From: Candidatus Aenigmatarchaeota archaeon
GTDB taxonomy: Archaea; Aenigmatarchaeota; Aenigmatarchaeia; Aenigmatarchaeales; Aenigmatarchaeaceae
NCBI GenBank assembly: GCA_043802485.1
Contig: JAZDKZ010000003.1
Span: 1-29,232, forward strand
Length of the DNA: 29,232 bases
Direction of reading: 5' to 3'
Shown here: piece by piece, positions 16,889-25,678 of the stretch
How the letters are laid out: every line of letters begins with the position of its first letter
Position numbering within the stretch: position 1 is the stretch's first letter
The notes under the pieces: generated by a model
Seen by the model: only the letters and a program-made list of their open reading frames with translations
Told to the model about the DNA's origin: nothing
Database searches by the model: none
Program-made: the position numbers and the translations under genes

Positions 16889-17563
16889 ATGAAACTGGTA
16901 GCCTTGTTTTCCGGTGGAAAAGACTCTGTTTTTGCCATTCTGAAGGCAAAAGAAGAGGGACATTCTGTTGAAAAGCTGGCTACCGCAATATCGGAGAATC
17001 CTGACAGTTACATGTTCCACACGCCCAACATAGGCCTTACCTTCATGCAGTCTAGATGTATGGGAATGCAGCTTGTTTCAAAAAGCTCTTCAGGCATAAA
17101 GGAAAAGGAGCTGGAAGATTTGAAGGTATTGCTGACAGGTCTTGGTGTGGAGGGTGTTGTCTGCGGAGCGATTGCCAGCAAATACCAGAAGAAAAGGGTT
17201 GAAAAAATATGCAAGGAGCTGGGCCTGAAGCTTGTTGCACCGCTATGGGGCAAGGAGCCTGAGAAGCTTCTCAGGGAGATGATAGATACAGGCTTTGAGA
17301 TAATGATAACAGCCGTTGCTGCCGACGGTTTTGACGAAAGCTGGCTGGGAAGAGTAATCGACGAGAGGTGCTTTAACGATTTGATCGAGTTGAACAAAAA
17401 GCATAAAATAAATGTATGCGGAGAGGGCGGCGAATTTGAAACATTAGTTCTAGACTGCCCCCTGTTTTCCAGAAAGCTGGAGATAACTAAAGCCAAAAAA
17501 GTCTGGAAGGAAAACTCTGGTGTTTACGAGATAGAGGATGCCAAGTTCGTGGATAAAAATTGA
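16889..17563 (+). CDS. dph6: Diphthine-ammonia ligase family ATP pyrophosphatase
   Basis: LFSGGKDS PP-loop, SYMFHTPN, GAIASKYQ, PLWG, CGEGGEFETLVLDCPLF. Confidence 0.93.
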   Translation: MKLVALFSGGKDSVFAILKAKEEGHSVEKLATAISENPDSYMFHTPNIGLTFMQSRCMGMQLVSKSSSGIKEKELEDLKVLLTGLGVEGVVCGAIASKYQKKRVEKICKELGLKLVAPLWGKEPEKLLREMIDTGFEIMITAVAADGFDESWLGRVIDERCFNDLIELNKKHKINVCGEGGEFETLVLDCPLFSRKLEITKAKKVWKENSGVYEIEDAKFVDKN

Positions 17564-17594
17564 TTTTATAAGATTTAGTTTCTAGTTTTATCTT

Positions 17595-18362
17595 ATGTCT
17601 AATAAGGTTATTGCCGATTTTGGTAATTCTTGGAACATAACTGAAAAGGACCTGCAGATATCATATTGCAATCACGAATTCGAGAGGGAATTTATTGGAA
17701 TCAGAAAGCCTCTTGAATTGGAAATGGTTTTTCCTACAATAGCTTTTACAATACTTTCGGCAGCACAGAACACCCCGAAACTTGTGAAGGTTTTTAGCAA
17801 GCTGAAAAAATACGAGTTATTGAACCATGAAAATATATTGGAACCAAGAAACATCGAGAAAACATACAAGATACTGAAAGGGACCAGATTTCCTAACACA
17901 AAAATAAGACGCTTTACCAATCTTCCTCTATGGTGGGGAAAAGAAGAGTCAAAAAGACTATTAGGAAATATAATAGAGGACATTCAGTATGGTGGGAAGA
18001 ATTCGCTAGAGCTAAGAAACGAACTAGCAGGAAAAGGACCGCTTGGTGTGAGCAATAAGGCTGCTTCTTTTGTCATACAATTATTGACTGAGGACACGAA
18101 AGACGTTAAAGTTGTTACTGTTGACACACATATGACGAAATTTCTAAAGGATATGGGATACACTAACAAAAAAGGCGAGGAAATAAAGATTCCTGACGGT
18201 AGAAAAGTTTCAGGGATGTCTAAAGGAGACTATCTCAAATACGAAAAAAATATAATGAATGAGGCAGAAAGATTTGGTCTTGGACCAGGTGAATTGCAGT
18301 ACGCTCTGTGGTGCAAAAAGACAGGCATAGTATATGGAACATGCTTAAAGAACTATTTCTAA
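17595..18362 (+). CDS. Divergent HhH N-glycosylase/DNA lyase, Ogg2-like
   Basis: FTILSA, RFPNTK, HhH GVSNKAASF (catalytic Lys), VTVDTH (catalytic Asp), YLKYE, GELQYALW..KTG; AT-rich. Confidence 0.75.
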   Translation: MSNKVIADFGNSWNITEKDLQISYCNHEFEREFIGIRKPLELEMVFPTIAFTILSAAQNTPKLVKVFSKLKKYELLNHENILEPRNIEKTYKILKGTRFPNTKIRRFTNLPLWWGKEESKRLLGNIIEDIQYGGKNSLELRNELAGKGPLGVSNKAASFVIQLLTEDTKDVKVVTVDTHMTKFLKDMGYTNKKGEEIKIPDGRKVSGMSKGDYLKYEKNIMNEAERFGLGPGELQYALWCKKTGIVYGTCLKNYF

Positions 18363-18408
18363 TATCCTTCTGTATAAACTTTTAATAAACCGTCCATAAA
18401 TTATTATT

Positions 18409-18807
18409 ATGATTCATTCAGAATCCATCAAAATAAAAGTAAAGTCACAAGAGTTCTCGAACATAACCGGAGATGTGGAGAACATTGTAAGAAAGTCCAA
18501 GATAAAAGACGGCCTTTGCTCTCTATTTTCAGTAGGCGCCACAAGCTCTGTTATAATCAACGAGGACGATCCTATGCTTTTGGAAGACTTGAGAAAATCT
18601 CTGGAAAAACTGGCTCCTGAAAAAGGCATATATCAGCATGCTGAGAATGCACATTCTCATATAATATCAGCCATCTTTGGAAACAGCCAAACAATTCCTC
18701 TGAAAGACGGAAAGTTGGGATTAGGGACATGGCAGGGAATAATGGTTGCCAACTTTGACACAAGAAACAGAGAAAGGGAAGTTATTGTCACTATCATCGG
18801 AGATTAG
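18409..18807 (+). CDS. yjbQ: YjbQ/UPF0047 family protein
   Basis: NITGDV, INEDDP.LLEDL, NAHSHI, LGTWQGI. Confidence 0.92.
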   Translation: MIHSESIKIKVKSQEFSNITGDVENIVRKSKIKDGLCSLFSVGATSSVIINEDDPMLLEDLRKSLEKLAPEKGIYQHAENAHSHIISAIFGNSQTIPLKDGKLGLGTWQGIMVANFDTRNREREVIVTIIGD

Positions 18808-18844
18808 TTTATTATAATTCCAGTAGAATATAATTCTTGATTGT

Positions 18845-20116
18845 ATGCCCAGAGTTTACATAGAATCCTACGGCTGCTCCAATTCCCAATCAGAGGGAGA
18901 AACGATTGCAGGCCTATTGGAAAAGGCAGGCTTTAAGACAACCAAAGAGAAAAACGCAGACCTGCTGATAATAGTTACATGTTATGTCAAAATCCAAACG
19001 CAGCACAAGATACTTCACAGGATGCGGCAGCTTCAGGAAAAATATCCGAAGAAAAAAATGATAATATCAGGCTGCATGCCTGAAGGTATTTATGAAAAAA
19101 TCACCAAGACCTTCCCAGAAGCCAGCCTTGTGAGCACGCATCATGTGAAAGACATTGTGAAAGCTGCGGAGAAAACGCTTGAAGGCAAAAGGGTCGAGTA
19201 TCTGGGAGAGGCCAACCAGATCAAGGTGTGCCTTCCAAAGGTGAGGAAGAACCCGGTAATCAACATCGTACCCATATCAAGCGGCTGCAACTCTTCCTGC
19301 TCTTATTGCTGCGTCAGGCTTGTCAAAGGCAGGCTCTTCTCTTATCCTCAGGACAAGATAATAAGTGAGGTGAAAAGTTCATTGAAACTCGGTTGCAAGG
19401 AAGTATGGATAACGTCCCAGGACAACGCTTCTTACGACAATGGAAAACTGCCAGCTTTAATGAACGATATATCAGGGTTACCTGGAGATTTCTTTGTAAG
19501 GATAGGCATGATGAACCCGAAGAATGTTATACCGATACTTCCAAATCTTATAGAAGCATACAGGAAGGAAAAGGTTTACAAGTTCCTGCACCTACCCATA
19601 CAATCAGGAGACGACGAGGTGCTGAAGAGGATGAACCGCGGCCACAAGGTGAAGGACTTTGAGAAGATAGTGAGCGAGTTCGGTAAGAACTTCAGATACC
19701 AGCTTTGGACAGATATCATCGTTGGCTTTCCCGGAGAGACTGAAAAGCAGTTCCAGAACACTTTCAGGTTGATAAAGAAGGTAAAACCGGACTGGGTCAA
19801 CGTCTCCAGATACGGACCAAGGCCCAACACGCTTGCAGCCAAGATGAAGATGGTGGACTCGGAAGCAATGAACAGGAGAAGCTCTGAGCTTTCCGAGCTT
19901 GTCAGGAACATTTCATTGGAAAAGAACAAGGAATGGGTCGGCTGGAAGGGAAGAATACTGATTTCCAAGAAAGGCAACAGGAAAGACCAGTGGTACGGCA
20001 GGAACTATGCTTACAAGCCGTTCATAGTGGAAGCAAAAGGGAACAATCTTGGCAAATGGATCAATGTGGAAGCTGTCAGCGCAGAACGAGCTTTCGTGTT
20101 CGCGGACAGGGTTTAA
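18845..20116 (+). CDS. mtaB: tRNA t6A37 methylthiotransferase (archaeal MtaB/CDKAL1-type radical SAM)
   Basis: ESYGCSNS, TCYV, SGCM, CNSSCSYC, RIGMMNP, FLHLPIQSG, TDIIVGFPGET, C-terminal TRAM. Confidence 0.93.
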   Translation: MPRVYIESYGCSNSQSEGETIAGLLEKAGFKTTKEKNADLLIIVTCYVKIQTQHKILHRMRQLQEKYPKKKMIISGCMPEGIYEKITKTFPEASLVSTHHVKDIVKAAEKTLEGKRVEYLGEANQIKVCLPKVRKNPVINIVPISSGCNSSCSYCCVRLVKGRLFSYPQDKIISEVKSSLKLGCKEVWITSQDNASYDNGKLPALMNDISGLPGDFFVRIGMMNPKNVIPILPNLIEAYRKEKVYKFLHLPIQSGDDEVLKRMNRGHKVKDFEKIVSEFGKNFRYQLWTDIIVGFPGETEKQFQNTFRLIKKVKPDWVNVSRYGPRPNTLAAKMKMVDSEAMNRRSSELSELVRNISLEKNKEWVGWKGRILISKKGNRKDQWYGRNYAYKPFIVEAKGNNLGKWINVEAVSAERAFVFADRV

Positions 20117-20161
20117 GCAAGGTTTATATTCAGGGAAATTATTATTCTAAAAAGTGAATAT

Positions 20162-20563
20162 ATGAACTTTAAACCATTTTTGATGGGAGCATTGGTCTAT
20201 GTAATCCTGGCAATAATCCTGGGTATGATAGGCGGCATGCTGCCCATAAACCTGGCACCATATGCTGTGTTGATATCAGCATTGATAGCAGGTATATACA
20301 TAGGCAGGAAGGCATCAACACCAACAAAAGCCGTGATCAACGGAATAATCTCTTGTGTGATCGGTGGTGCTATAGGCGGCCTGATAACGATATTTATTGG
20401 CGATCTTATTCCGGCATCGACAGGCATATCGTTCCTGGACGCTGTGGTAGCATTGTTGGGCGGATTCTTCACACCATACGTTGGAGCGCTTGCCTGGTTC
20501 ATTGCTATGGGCATAATCCTAGGAGCCGTCGGCGGTTTCATAGGAAAGAAGCTCAAGAAATGA
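20162..20563 (+). CDS. Gly-rich small membrane protein (about 4 TM), unknown function
   Basis: Hydrophobic with repeated GxxxG motifs, ends ILGAVGGFIGKK. Confidence 0.75.
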   Translation: MNFKPFLMGALVYVILAIILGMIGGMLPINLAPYAVLISALIAGIYIGRKASTPTKAVINGIISCVIGGAIGGLITIFIGDLIPASTGISFLDAVVALLGGFFTPYVGALAWFIAMGIILGAVGGFIGKKLKK

Positions 20564-20568
20564 AAGCC

Positions 20569-20590
20569 TTTTTTTATTTTTTTCTGTTTT
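20569..20590 (+). terminator. Oligo-T archaeal-type terminator
   Basis: TTTTTTTATTTTTTTCTGTTTT immediately after stop 20563, between convergent genes. Confidence 0.6.
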
Positions 20591-22346
20591 ATTTCACTGT
20601 TACAGACTTGGCCAAATTTCTGGGACGGTCAGGATCGCAGCCCCTTAGCAGAGCCAGCTGGTAGGCAAGAATCTGTATGGGTATTATCTGGCAGATAGAG
20701 TTTGCTTCGTCTGCCTCGAACACCTTGATGAAAAAGTCGAAAAGGTCGTTGTTCTTGGGTCCTATCCCTATTATGTAGGCTCCCCTTGCCCTCAGCTCAG
20801 AGGCATTGCCAACAATCTCCTTTTCAGTACTGTTTGAAGTGAAAACTATGCAAGGCGTCCCTTTCTCTATCATGGCTATTGCTCCGTGCTTCAGTTCGCC
20901 GCCAGCAAAGCCTTCTGCATGTATGTAGGAAACTTCCTTGATTTTCAACGCAGCTTCCAAAGCTGTCGGATATTGCAACCCTCTTCCTATCACGTAGATG
21001 TGCTTGGAGTCCTTGATTTTCTCGGCAAGTATCTTGATATAGTTCCTGGCGTTGGCAGACGTTATGTAGTAGATATAGTTGACAAGGTCTCTTACCTTTG
21101 CCTTACCCTCCTCATACTTGCCGGCTGTCGCGTACGCCAGAAGCGTCAGCACGACCAACTGGGATGTGTAGGTCTTTGTGGACAGGACAGATATCTCTGG
21201 GCCGGAATGCATCATGAGCAGCTCGTCCGATTCTCTTGTAAGCGAAGAGCCTGTTACATTGACTATTGACACTACTTTGGCACCCTTTTCCTTGGCAGCC
21301 TTGACAGCTTCAAGAATGTCCGCGGTTTCACCTGACTGCGAGACTGCTATAACAAGACTCTCAGGTATCAAAAAGTCCTTGTAGTTGGAGAACTCGGAAG
21401 CCAGAGCAACATTGATGTGCTTTTTGGCCAGGGAGGAGAACTTGTAGCTTGCCGAAAGGCATGCGTGGTACGACGAGCCGCAGCCTATCAAATAGACCCC
21501 TCGGGCTTCGTTTATCATCTCCGAGACCTTCTTTATTTCCTTTACATTGTTTTCCAAAGCCCTCTTGATAGTCTCGGCCTGCTCAGATATCTCCTTCAGC
21601 ATGAAATGGTCAAAGTCTCCCTTCTTGGCCTGCTCAACGTTCCAGTCAATGTTATGGACAGGCCTTTCAACCAGCTTGTCCTCGTTGAGGTTGAATATCC
21701 TTACGCCCTTGTCCAGGATTGCCACATCACCCTCATGGAGATAGATGACTTTTTTGGTGTGCTCGATAAACGCAGGAACATCGGAAGCGACAAAAAACTC
21801 CTTATCGCCCACTCCGATGACCAGCGGCGAATCCTTCCTGGCAACTATGATGCCGTCCTTGCCTTCACATACTATCCCCAAGGCATAGCTGCCCTCAAGG
21901 CTTCGTATGGCCTTTTTCACAGCCTCGAGATAATCGCCGTCGCGCATGTAGAGCTCGATCAGGTTGGGTATGACCTCTGTATCCGTGTCAGTGTGGAAGA
22001 CAAAGCCATCTGCTTCCAGCTTCCTTTTCAGCTCCTGATAGTTCTCTATTATGCCGTTGTGCACAACAGCTATTTTCCCGTTGTTAGAAAGATGAGGATG
22101 GCAGTTCTCCTTTGTGACACCGCCGTGCGTTGCCCATCTGGTATGACCTATGCCTATGTTGCCTGGCAATTCATTAACATTAAAATCTATCTGATTCATC
22201 TTGCCGACGTTCTTCTGGATCCTGATATCAGGACCAAGAGTGACAATGCCAGCAGAGTCATAGCCCCTGTACTCCAGGCTCTTCAAACCTTCCAGAATAA
22301 TTTCTGAAGCTTTCTTACTGCCGATATAACCGATTATGCCGCACAT
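20589..22346 (-). CDS. glmS: Glutamine-fructose-6-phosphate transaminase (isomerizing)
   Basis: MCGIIG, LEYRGYDSAG, GHTRWATHG, HNGIIEN, SQSGETAD, LKIKEVSY, GELKHG, PRNLAKSVTV. Confidence 0.98.
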   Translation of the reverse strand: MCGIIGYIGSKKASEIILEGLKSLEYRGYDSAGIVTLGPDIRIQKNVGKMNQIDFNVNELPGNIGIGHTRWATHGGVTKENCHPHLSNNGKIAVVHNGIIENYQELKRKLEADGFVFHTDTDTEVIPNLIELYMRDGDYLEAVKKAIRSLEGSYALGIVCEGKDGIIVARKDSPLVIGVGDKEFFVASDVPAFIEHTKKVIYLHEGDVAILDKGVRIFNLNEDKLVERPVHNIDWNVEQAKKGDFDHFMLKEISEQAETIKRALENNVKEIKKVSEMINEARGVYLIGCGSSYHACLSASYKFSSLAKKHINVALASEFSNYKDFLIPESLVIAVSQSGETADILEAVKAAKEKGAKVVSIVNVTGSSLTRESDELLMMHSGPEISVLSTKTYTSQLVVLTLLAYATAGKYEEGKAKVRDLVNYIYYITSANARNYIKILAEKIKDSKHIYVIGRGLQYPTALEAALKIKEVSYIHAEGFAGGELKHGAIAMIEKGTPCIVFTSNSTEKEIVGNASELRARGAYIIGIGPKNNDLFDFFIKVFEADEANSICQIIPIQILAYQLALLRGCDPDRPRNLAKSVTVK

Positions 22347-22402
22347 GTTAACAAAGAATATAGGGTTCTAAAAGCTTTTCAAGCTTTTAAAGCAAGTGTA
22401 AG

Positions 22403-22411
22403 TTTTAAATA
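22403..22411 (+). promoter_or_regulatory. Putative TATA box of DEAD-box helicase gene (implies about 105-nt 5' UTR)
   Basis: TTTTAAATA preceded by purine-rich sequence, about 25 nt before the structured leader. Confidence 0.45.
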
Positions 22412-22435
22412 CTATTGTTCCTATTTAATGGTAAT

Positions 22436-22512
22436 AAAAGTACAATGCCTTGTTAACCTTGTTAAAATAGCGTTAGTTTATTACACTAATTCTATTGCAT
22501 TTGTGACTTTTT
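22436..22512 (+). ncRNA. Predicted structured 5' leader (three-way junction) of helicase mRNA
   Basis: P1 22436-22448/22497-22511, P2 22453-22457/22461-22465, P3 22466-22477/22485-22496, folded by eye. Confidence 0.45.
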
Positions 22513-22536
22513 GAAAAAAATTAAGGAATGATTTGA

Positions 22537-23811
22537 ATGAAATTTGAAGATTTGAATATAGAGAATAGTGTATTAGCTTCGCTGAATAACATAGGCTTCA
22601 AGGAGCCCACGCAGATTCAGGCTGAAACAATACCACTTATCAAACAGGGCCATGACGTTATTGGCCAGTCCCAGACAGGTTCTGGGAAGACCGCTGCCTT
22701 CGGCATACCGATGGTGGAGAAGGTCGAGAAGGGAGGAAAGATACAAGCCTTGGTGCTGTCTCCTACAAGGGAGCTTACCATACAGACTGCAGGAGAGCTG
22801 GAAAAGTTCTCCAAGCATAAGGGCCTGTATGTGCAGACCATATACGGAGGCGTGTCTTTCGGACCTCAGCTAAGGGGCCTGGAGAAAGCCGAGATAATTG
22901 TCGGAACTCCTGGAAGGGTTCTTGATCATATAAGAAGGGGCAATTTGAAACTGGACAAAATCAAAATGTTCGTTCTTGACGAAGCAGACAAGATGATAGA
23001 CATGGGCTTTGCAGAGGACATCGAAGACATAGAAAGGGGCATGCCAAAAAACAAGCAGAATCTGCTTTTCTGCGCAACAATGCCTGAAAGGCTGGAAAAC
23101 ATGAAAAGAAGGTTTACCAGGAACGCTGTCGACGTCAAGACCAAATTAAAGGTCGATGAGGACATGCTGAAGCAGTTCTACTGCAATGCGGACAGGAGAA
23201 GCAAGTTCTCATTGCTCGTCCATCTGATAAACCAAGAAGACCCGAACCTTTCCATGATTTTCTGCAACTCCAGAAGGGAGACGGACATGGTTGCGAGGAA
23301 TCTTAAAAACAACAAGATAAAGGCCACAGCACTGCACGGCGGGCTGACCCAAGCAAGAAGGGAAAGCATAATAGACGGCTTCCACAAGGGAAAGATAAAC
23401 ATTGTGGTGGCAACCGATGTTGCATCCAGAGGCTTGGACATAAAGAACGTGACGCACATCTTCAACTACAACATACCCAAGGACGCAGAAAGCTTTACCA
23501 ACAGGATAGGAAGAACCGCAAGGGCAGGAGAGGAAGGCAAGGCCATATCTCTGCTGAGCAGGGAAGACCACGAGTCCTTCAGAAGGATAGTGAGCCAGTT
23601 CTCCTACGACATCACAAAGCTGGATATACAGAATTTCAAGATGCTGCCTTTCGATATAGGCAGGGATTCTAGAAACAGAGATTCCAGAGGCGGCGGCCCT
23701 AGGAGAGGTTTCGGAGGTCCGAGAAGTTCTGGTGGTTCAAGAGGTGGCAGCAGAAGAAGGTCTGGAAGCTCCACGCCAAGGGACAGCAAGCTGTTCAAGC
23801 CGAAATGGTGA
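22537..23811 (+). CDS. DEAD-box RNA helicase with Arg/Gly-rich tail
   Basis: PTQIQ, QTGSGKT, PTREL, TPGR, DEAD, CAT (motif III), SRGLD, NRIGRTAR (motif VI). Confidence 0.96.
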   Translation: MKFEDLNIENSVLASLNNIGFKEPTQIQAETIPLIKQGHDVIGQSQTGSGKTAAFGIPMVEKVEKGGKIQALVLSPTRELTIQTAGELEKFSKHKGLYVQTIYGGVSFGPQLRGLEKAEIIVGTPGRVLDHIRRGNLKLDKIKMFVLDEADKMIDMGFAEDIEDIERGMPKNKQNLLFCATMPERLENMKRRFTRNAVDVKTKLKVDEDMLKQFYCNADRRSKFSLLVHLINQEDPNLSMIFCNSRRETDMVARNLKNNKIKATALHGGLTQARRESIIDGFHKGKINIVVATDVASRGLDIKNVTHIFNYNIPKDAESFTNRIGRTARAGEEGKAISLLSREDHESFRRIVSQFSYDITKLDIQNFKMLPFDIGRDSRNRDSRGGGPRRGFGGPRSSGGSRGGSRRRSGSSTPRDSKLFKPKW

Positions 23812-23813
23812 TT

Positions 23814-25268
23814 TCAGCCCAGCTCTTCTTTCAAAACTTTGGAGACGATGTCTCCACCAATTTTTCCTCTTACTTCTTTCATTATCTCGCCCATCAGGGG
23901 TGCGAATCTTTTTTCATTTGCCAAGTCAGGATGCTTTTTGATTATATCCTTTATCAATTTCCTCAGCTGGTCCTGATCCATCGCCTTGAGGCCGGACTTT
24001 GCTATCGCCTCATCGACAGAAACATTATCCTTGCACAGATTTTCCAGAACCTGTGGTATCGCCTCTTTTGATATCTTCTTGTCTTTGACAGAAGACAAAA
24101 GGTTCTCCAAGTTATCATCAGTTATATTGTCGGTATCAATACCGTTCCTTCTCAGGTCTTTTATTGTAGATGTAAGAGTGTTGGCCGCAAGCACTGGATC
24201 ATATTTTTTATAGAGCGTTTCGAACAAGTCCAAGTACTCGCTCTTTAGAATCTGGTCAACCATGCCATCGGGCAGAACCTTTTTGAACTTTTTTGCCTTC
24301 TGCTCCCATGTCTCAGGTATTTTTATCTTTGATATCATCTCTTTTGTAATCATTATAGTCTCAGCATCAGTCTCAGGATACATCCTTTCCCCTCCGGGCA
24401 AAGGCCTGGTGAACTTTGTCGTGCCGTTATCCTGCGCTACTCGCGTCTCCTCCTTCGGGGTCTCTCCCTTCCTTATCAGCTCCTGCTGCCTCTTAATCTC
24501 GTTCTCTATCAGCTGCGGTATCATGTCCAGCTCCTGGACGCCCTTTATCTCTACCCTTGCTCCTCCTCTTATCGAGACATTGACATCCTCCCTTGTGACG
24601 CCGATGCCTCTCTGGCTCTTGCCTGTGGACCTGACAATCATCCCAATCTTTTCCGCGACTTCCTTTGCATGCTCCGGGCTCTTGATGTCAGGGGCAGTGC
24701 CTATCTCCACCAGCGGTATGCCCAGCCTGTCCAAACGATAGGTCAGCTCGTTGCCATCCTTCTTCACTTTTCCGGCCGACTCCTCCTCCAGACATATGTT
24801 GGTTATCCCGACATCTCCTTGCGAGGTCTTCAGGACGCCGTTCAGGCCTACTATGGCAGTCCTCTGGAAAGCACAAGTGTTGGAACCGTCGACAACAGTC
24901 TTCCTCATGACATGCATCTCCTCTGGAATTTCCGCTTTAAGCATCTTGGCTATCTGCAGCACTATTTCCAGAGCATCTTTATTCACAGACTTGGGCGGCT
25001 CCTCGTCAATGCATATCAGGCATGTCTCCTCTGGATAGCATTGGTAGAAGAAGGTCCTGTCTTTCAGGTATTCATACAGAGCAGCAACATCCACCTGGCC
25101 CATCTCGCCTGCCACTGCTCTGAGCTTCCTCTTCACTATTGCCAGGGGCTTTTCCTTGGAGAACCTTGGCTTGCAGCCGCAGAACAGCTTGGTCTTGGTG
25201 TCCAGACGGTTGTGTATCTCCACACCACATTTGAAGCCTATTTTTTTGTAGTCAGTCATTGAAACCAT
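23814..25268 (-). CDS. gatE: Glu-tRNA(Gln) amidotransferase subunit E, lacking the AspRS-like insertion domain
   Basis: GVEIH..KLFC, DEEPP, MRKTVVDGSNT..FQRTA, LDRLGIPLVEI, DVNVSI..GARVEIKGVQ, RPLPG..RMYPETD, YqeY-like tail; start 25268 or 25259. Confidence 0.93.
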   Translation of the reverse strand: MVSMTDYKKIGFKCGVEIHNRLDTKTKLFCGCKPRFSKEKPLAIVKRKLRAVAGEMGQVDVAALYEYLKDRTFFYQCYPEETCLICIDEEPPKSVNKDALEIVLQIAKMLKAEIPEEMHVMRKTVVDGSNTCAFQRTAIVGLNGVLKTSQGDVGITNICLEEESAGKVKKDGNELTYRLDRLGIPLVEIGTAPDIKSPEHAKEVAEKIGMIVRSTGKSQRGIGVTREDVNVSIRGGARVEIKGVQELDMIPQLIENEIKRQQELIRKGETPKEETRVAQDNGTTKFTRPLPGGERMYPETDAETIMITKEMISKIKIPETWEQKAKKFKKVLPDGMVDQILKSEYLDLFETLYKKYDPVLAANTLTSTIKDLRRNGIDTDNITDDNLENLLSSVKDKKISKEAIPQVLENLCKDNVSVDEAIAKSGLKAMDQDQLRKLIKDIIKKHPDLANEKRFAPLMGEIMKEVRGKIGGDIVSKVLKEELG

Positions 25269-25302
25269 CTACTTAAAATTAGAACTGTCTGTTAATAAAA
25301 TT

Positions 25303-25677
25303 CTACCCAAAAGACACAAGACACGTGTCAGCGCCAGTAATCTGGTTGCACGCTATTTTAAGATTCGAGCAGTCAAGACCTGTACCATGGTACTGGTTCT
25401 GAAGGTCGCATAGGTTGTCTATGTACCATTCAACCTGAGTCAGGCTGACATCAGCTTCAGTGTCGCAGTCATACTGCCCCCAGTAGTTGCAGTTCTCCAG
25501 CAACACTTGCTCGAAAGAGGCGCACTTGTATTCTGGCCTGGCGACCTCGCAGGTGTCTTTCGGAAGGAATGTGGGTATGCTCACTATGACCACAAAAACA
25601 ATCAGCGCTGCTATAGAGATTATGTCCCACTTTGTCAGCTTTATCTTTGGAATCTTGAACTTTTTTCCTTCGCTCAT
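25303..25677 (-). CDS. Membrane-anchored Cys-rich protein, unknown function
   Basis: Basic N-terminus, one TM helix, about 85-aa acidic domain with 8 Cys; 1 nt gap after RuBisCO. Confidence 0.75.
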   Translation of the reverse strand: MSEGKKFKIPKIKLTKWDIISIAALIVFVVIVSIPTFLPKDTCEVARPEYKCASFEQVLLENCNYWGQYDCDTEADVSLTQVEWYIDNLCDLQNQYHGTGLDCSNLKIACNQITGADTCLVSFG

Positions 25678-25678
25678 G

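Noticed and set aside
16826..17020. 65-aa N-terminal extension of TBP in the ORF track
   Set aside because: Overlaps dph6 and the AT-rich promoter; TBP homology begins at ATG 16825
20589..20600. GlmS ending VTVK rather than VTVE
   Set aside because: Single terminal substitution with all catalytic motifs intact; too weak to interpret
21417..22307. 296-aa plus-strand ORF
   Set aside because: Antisense shadow of glmS with no recognisable motifs
22347..22536. glmS ribozyme upstream of glmS
   Set aside because: No AGCGCC cleavage-site core or GC-rich pseudoknot on the minus strand; the ribozyme is bacterial
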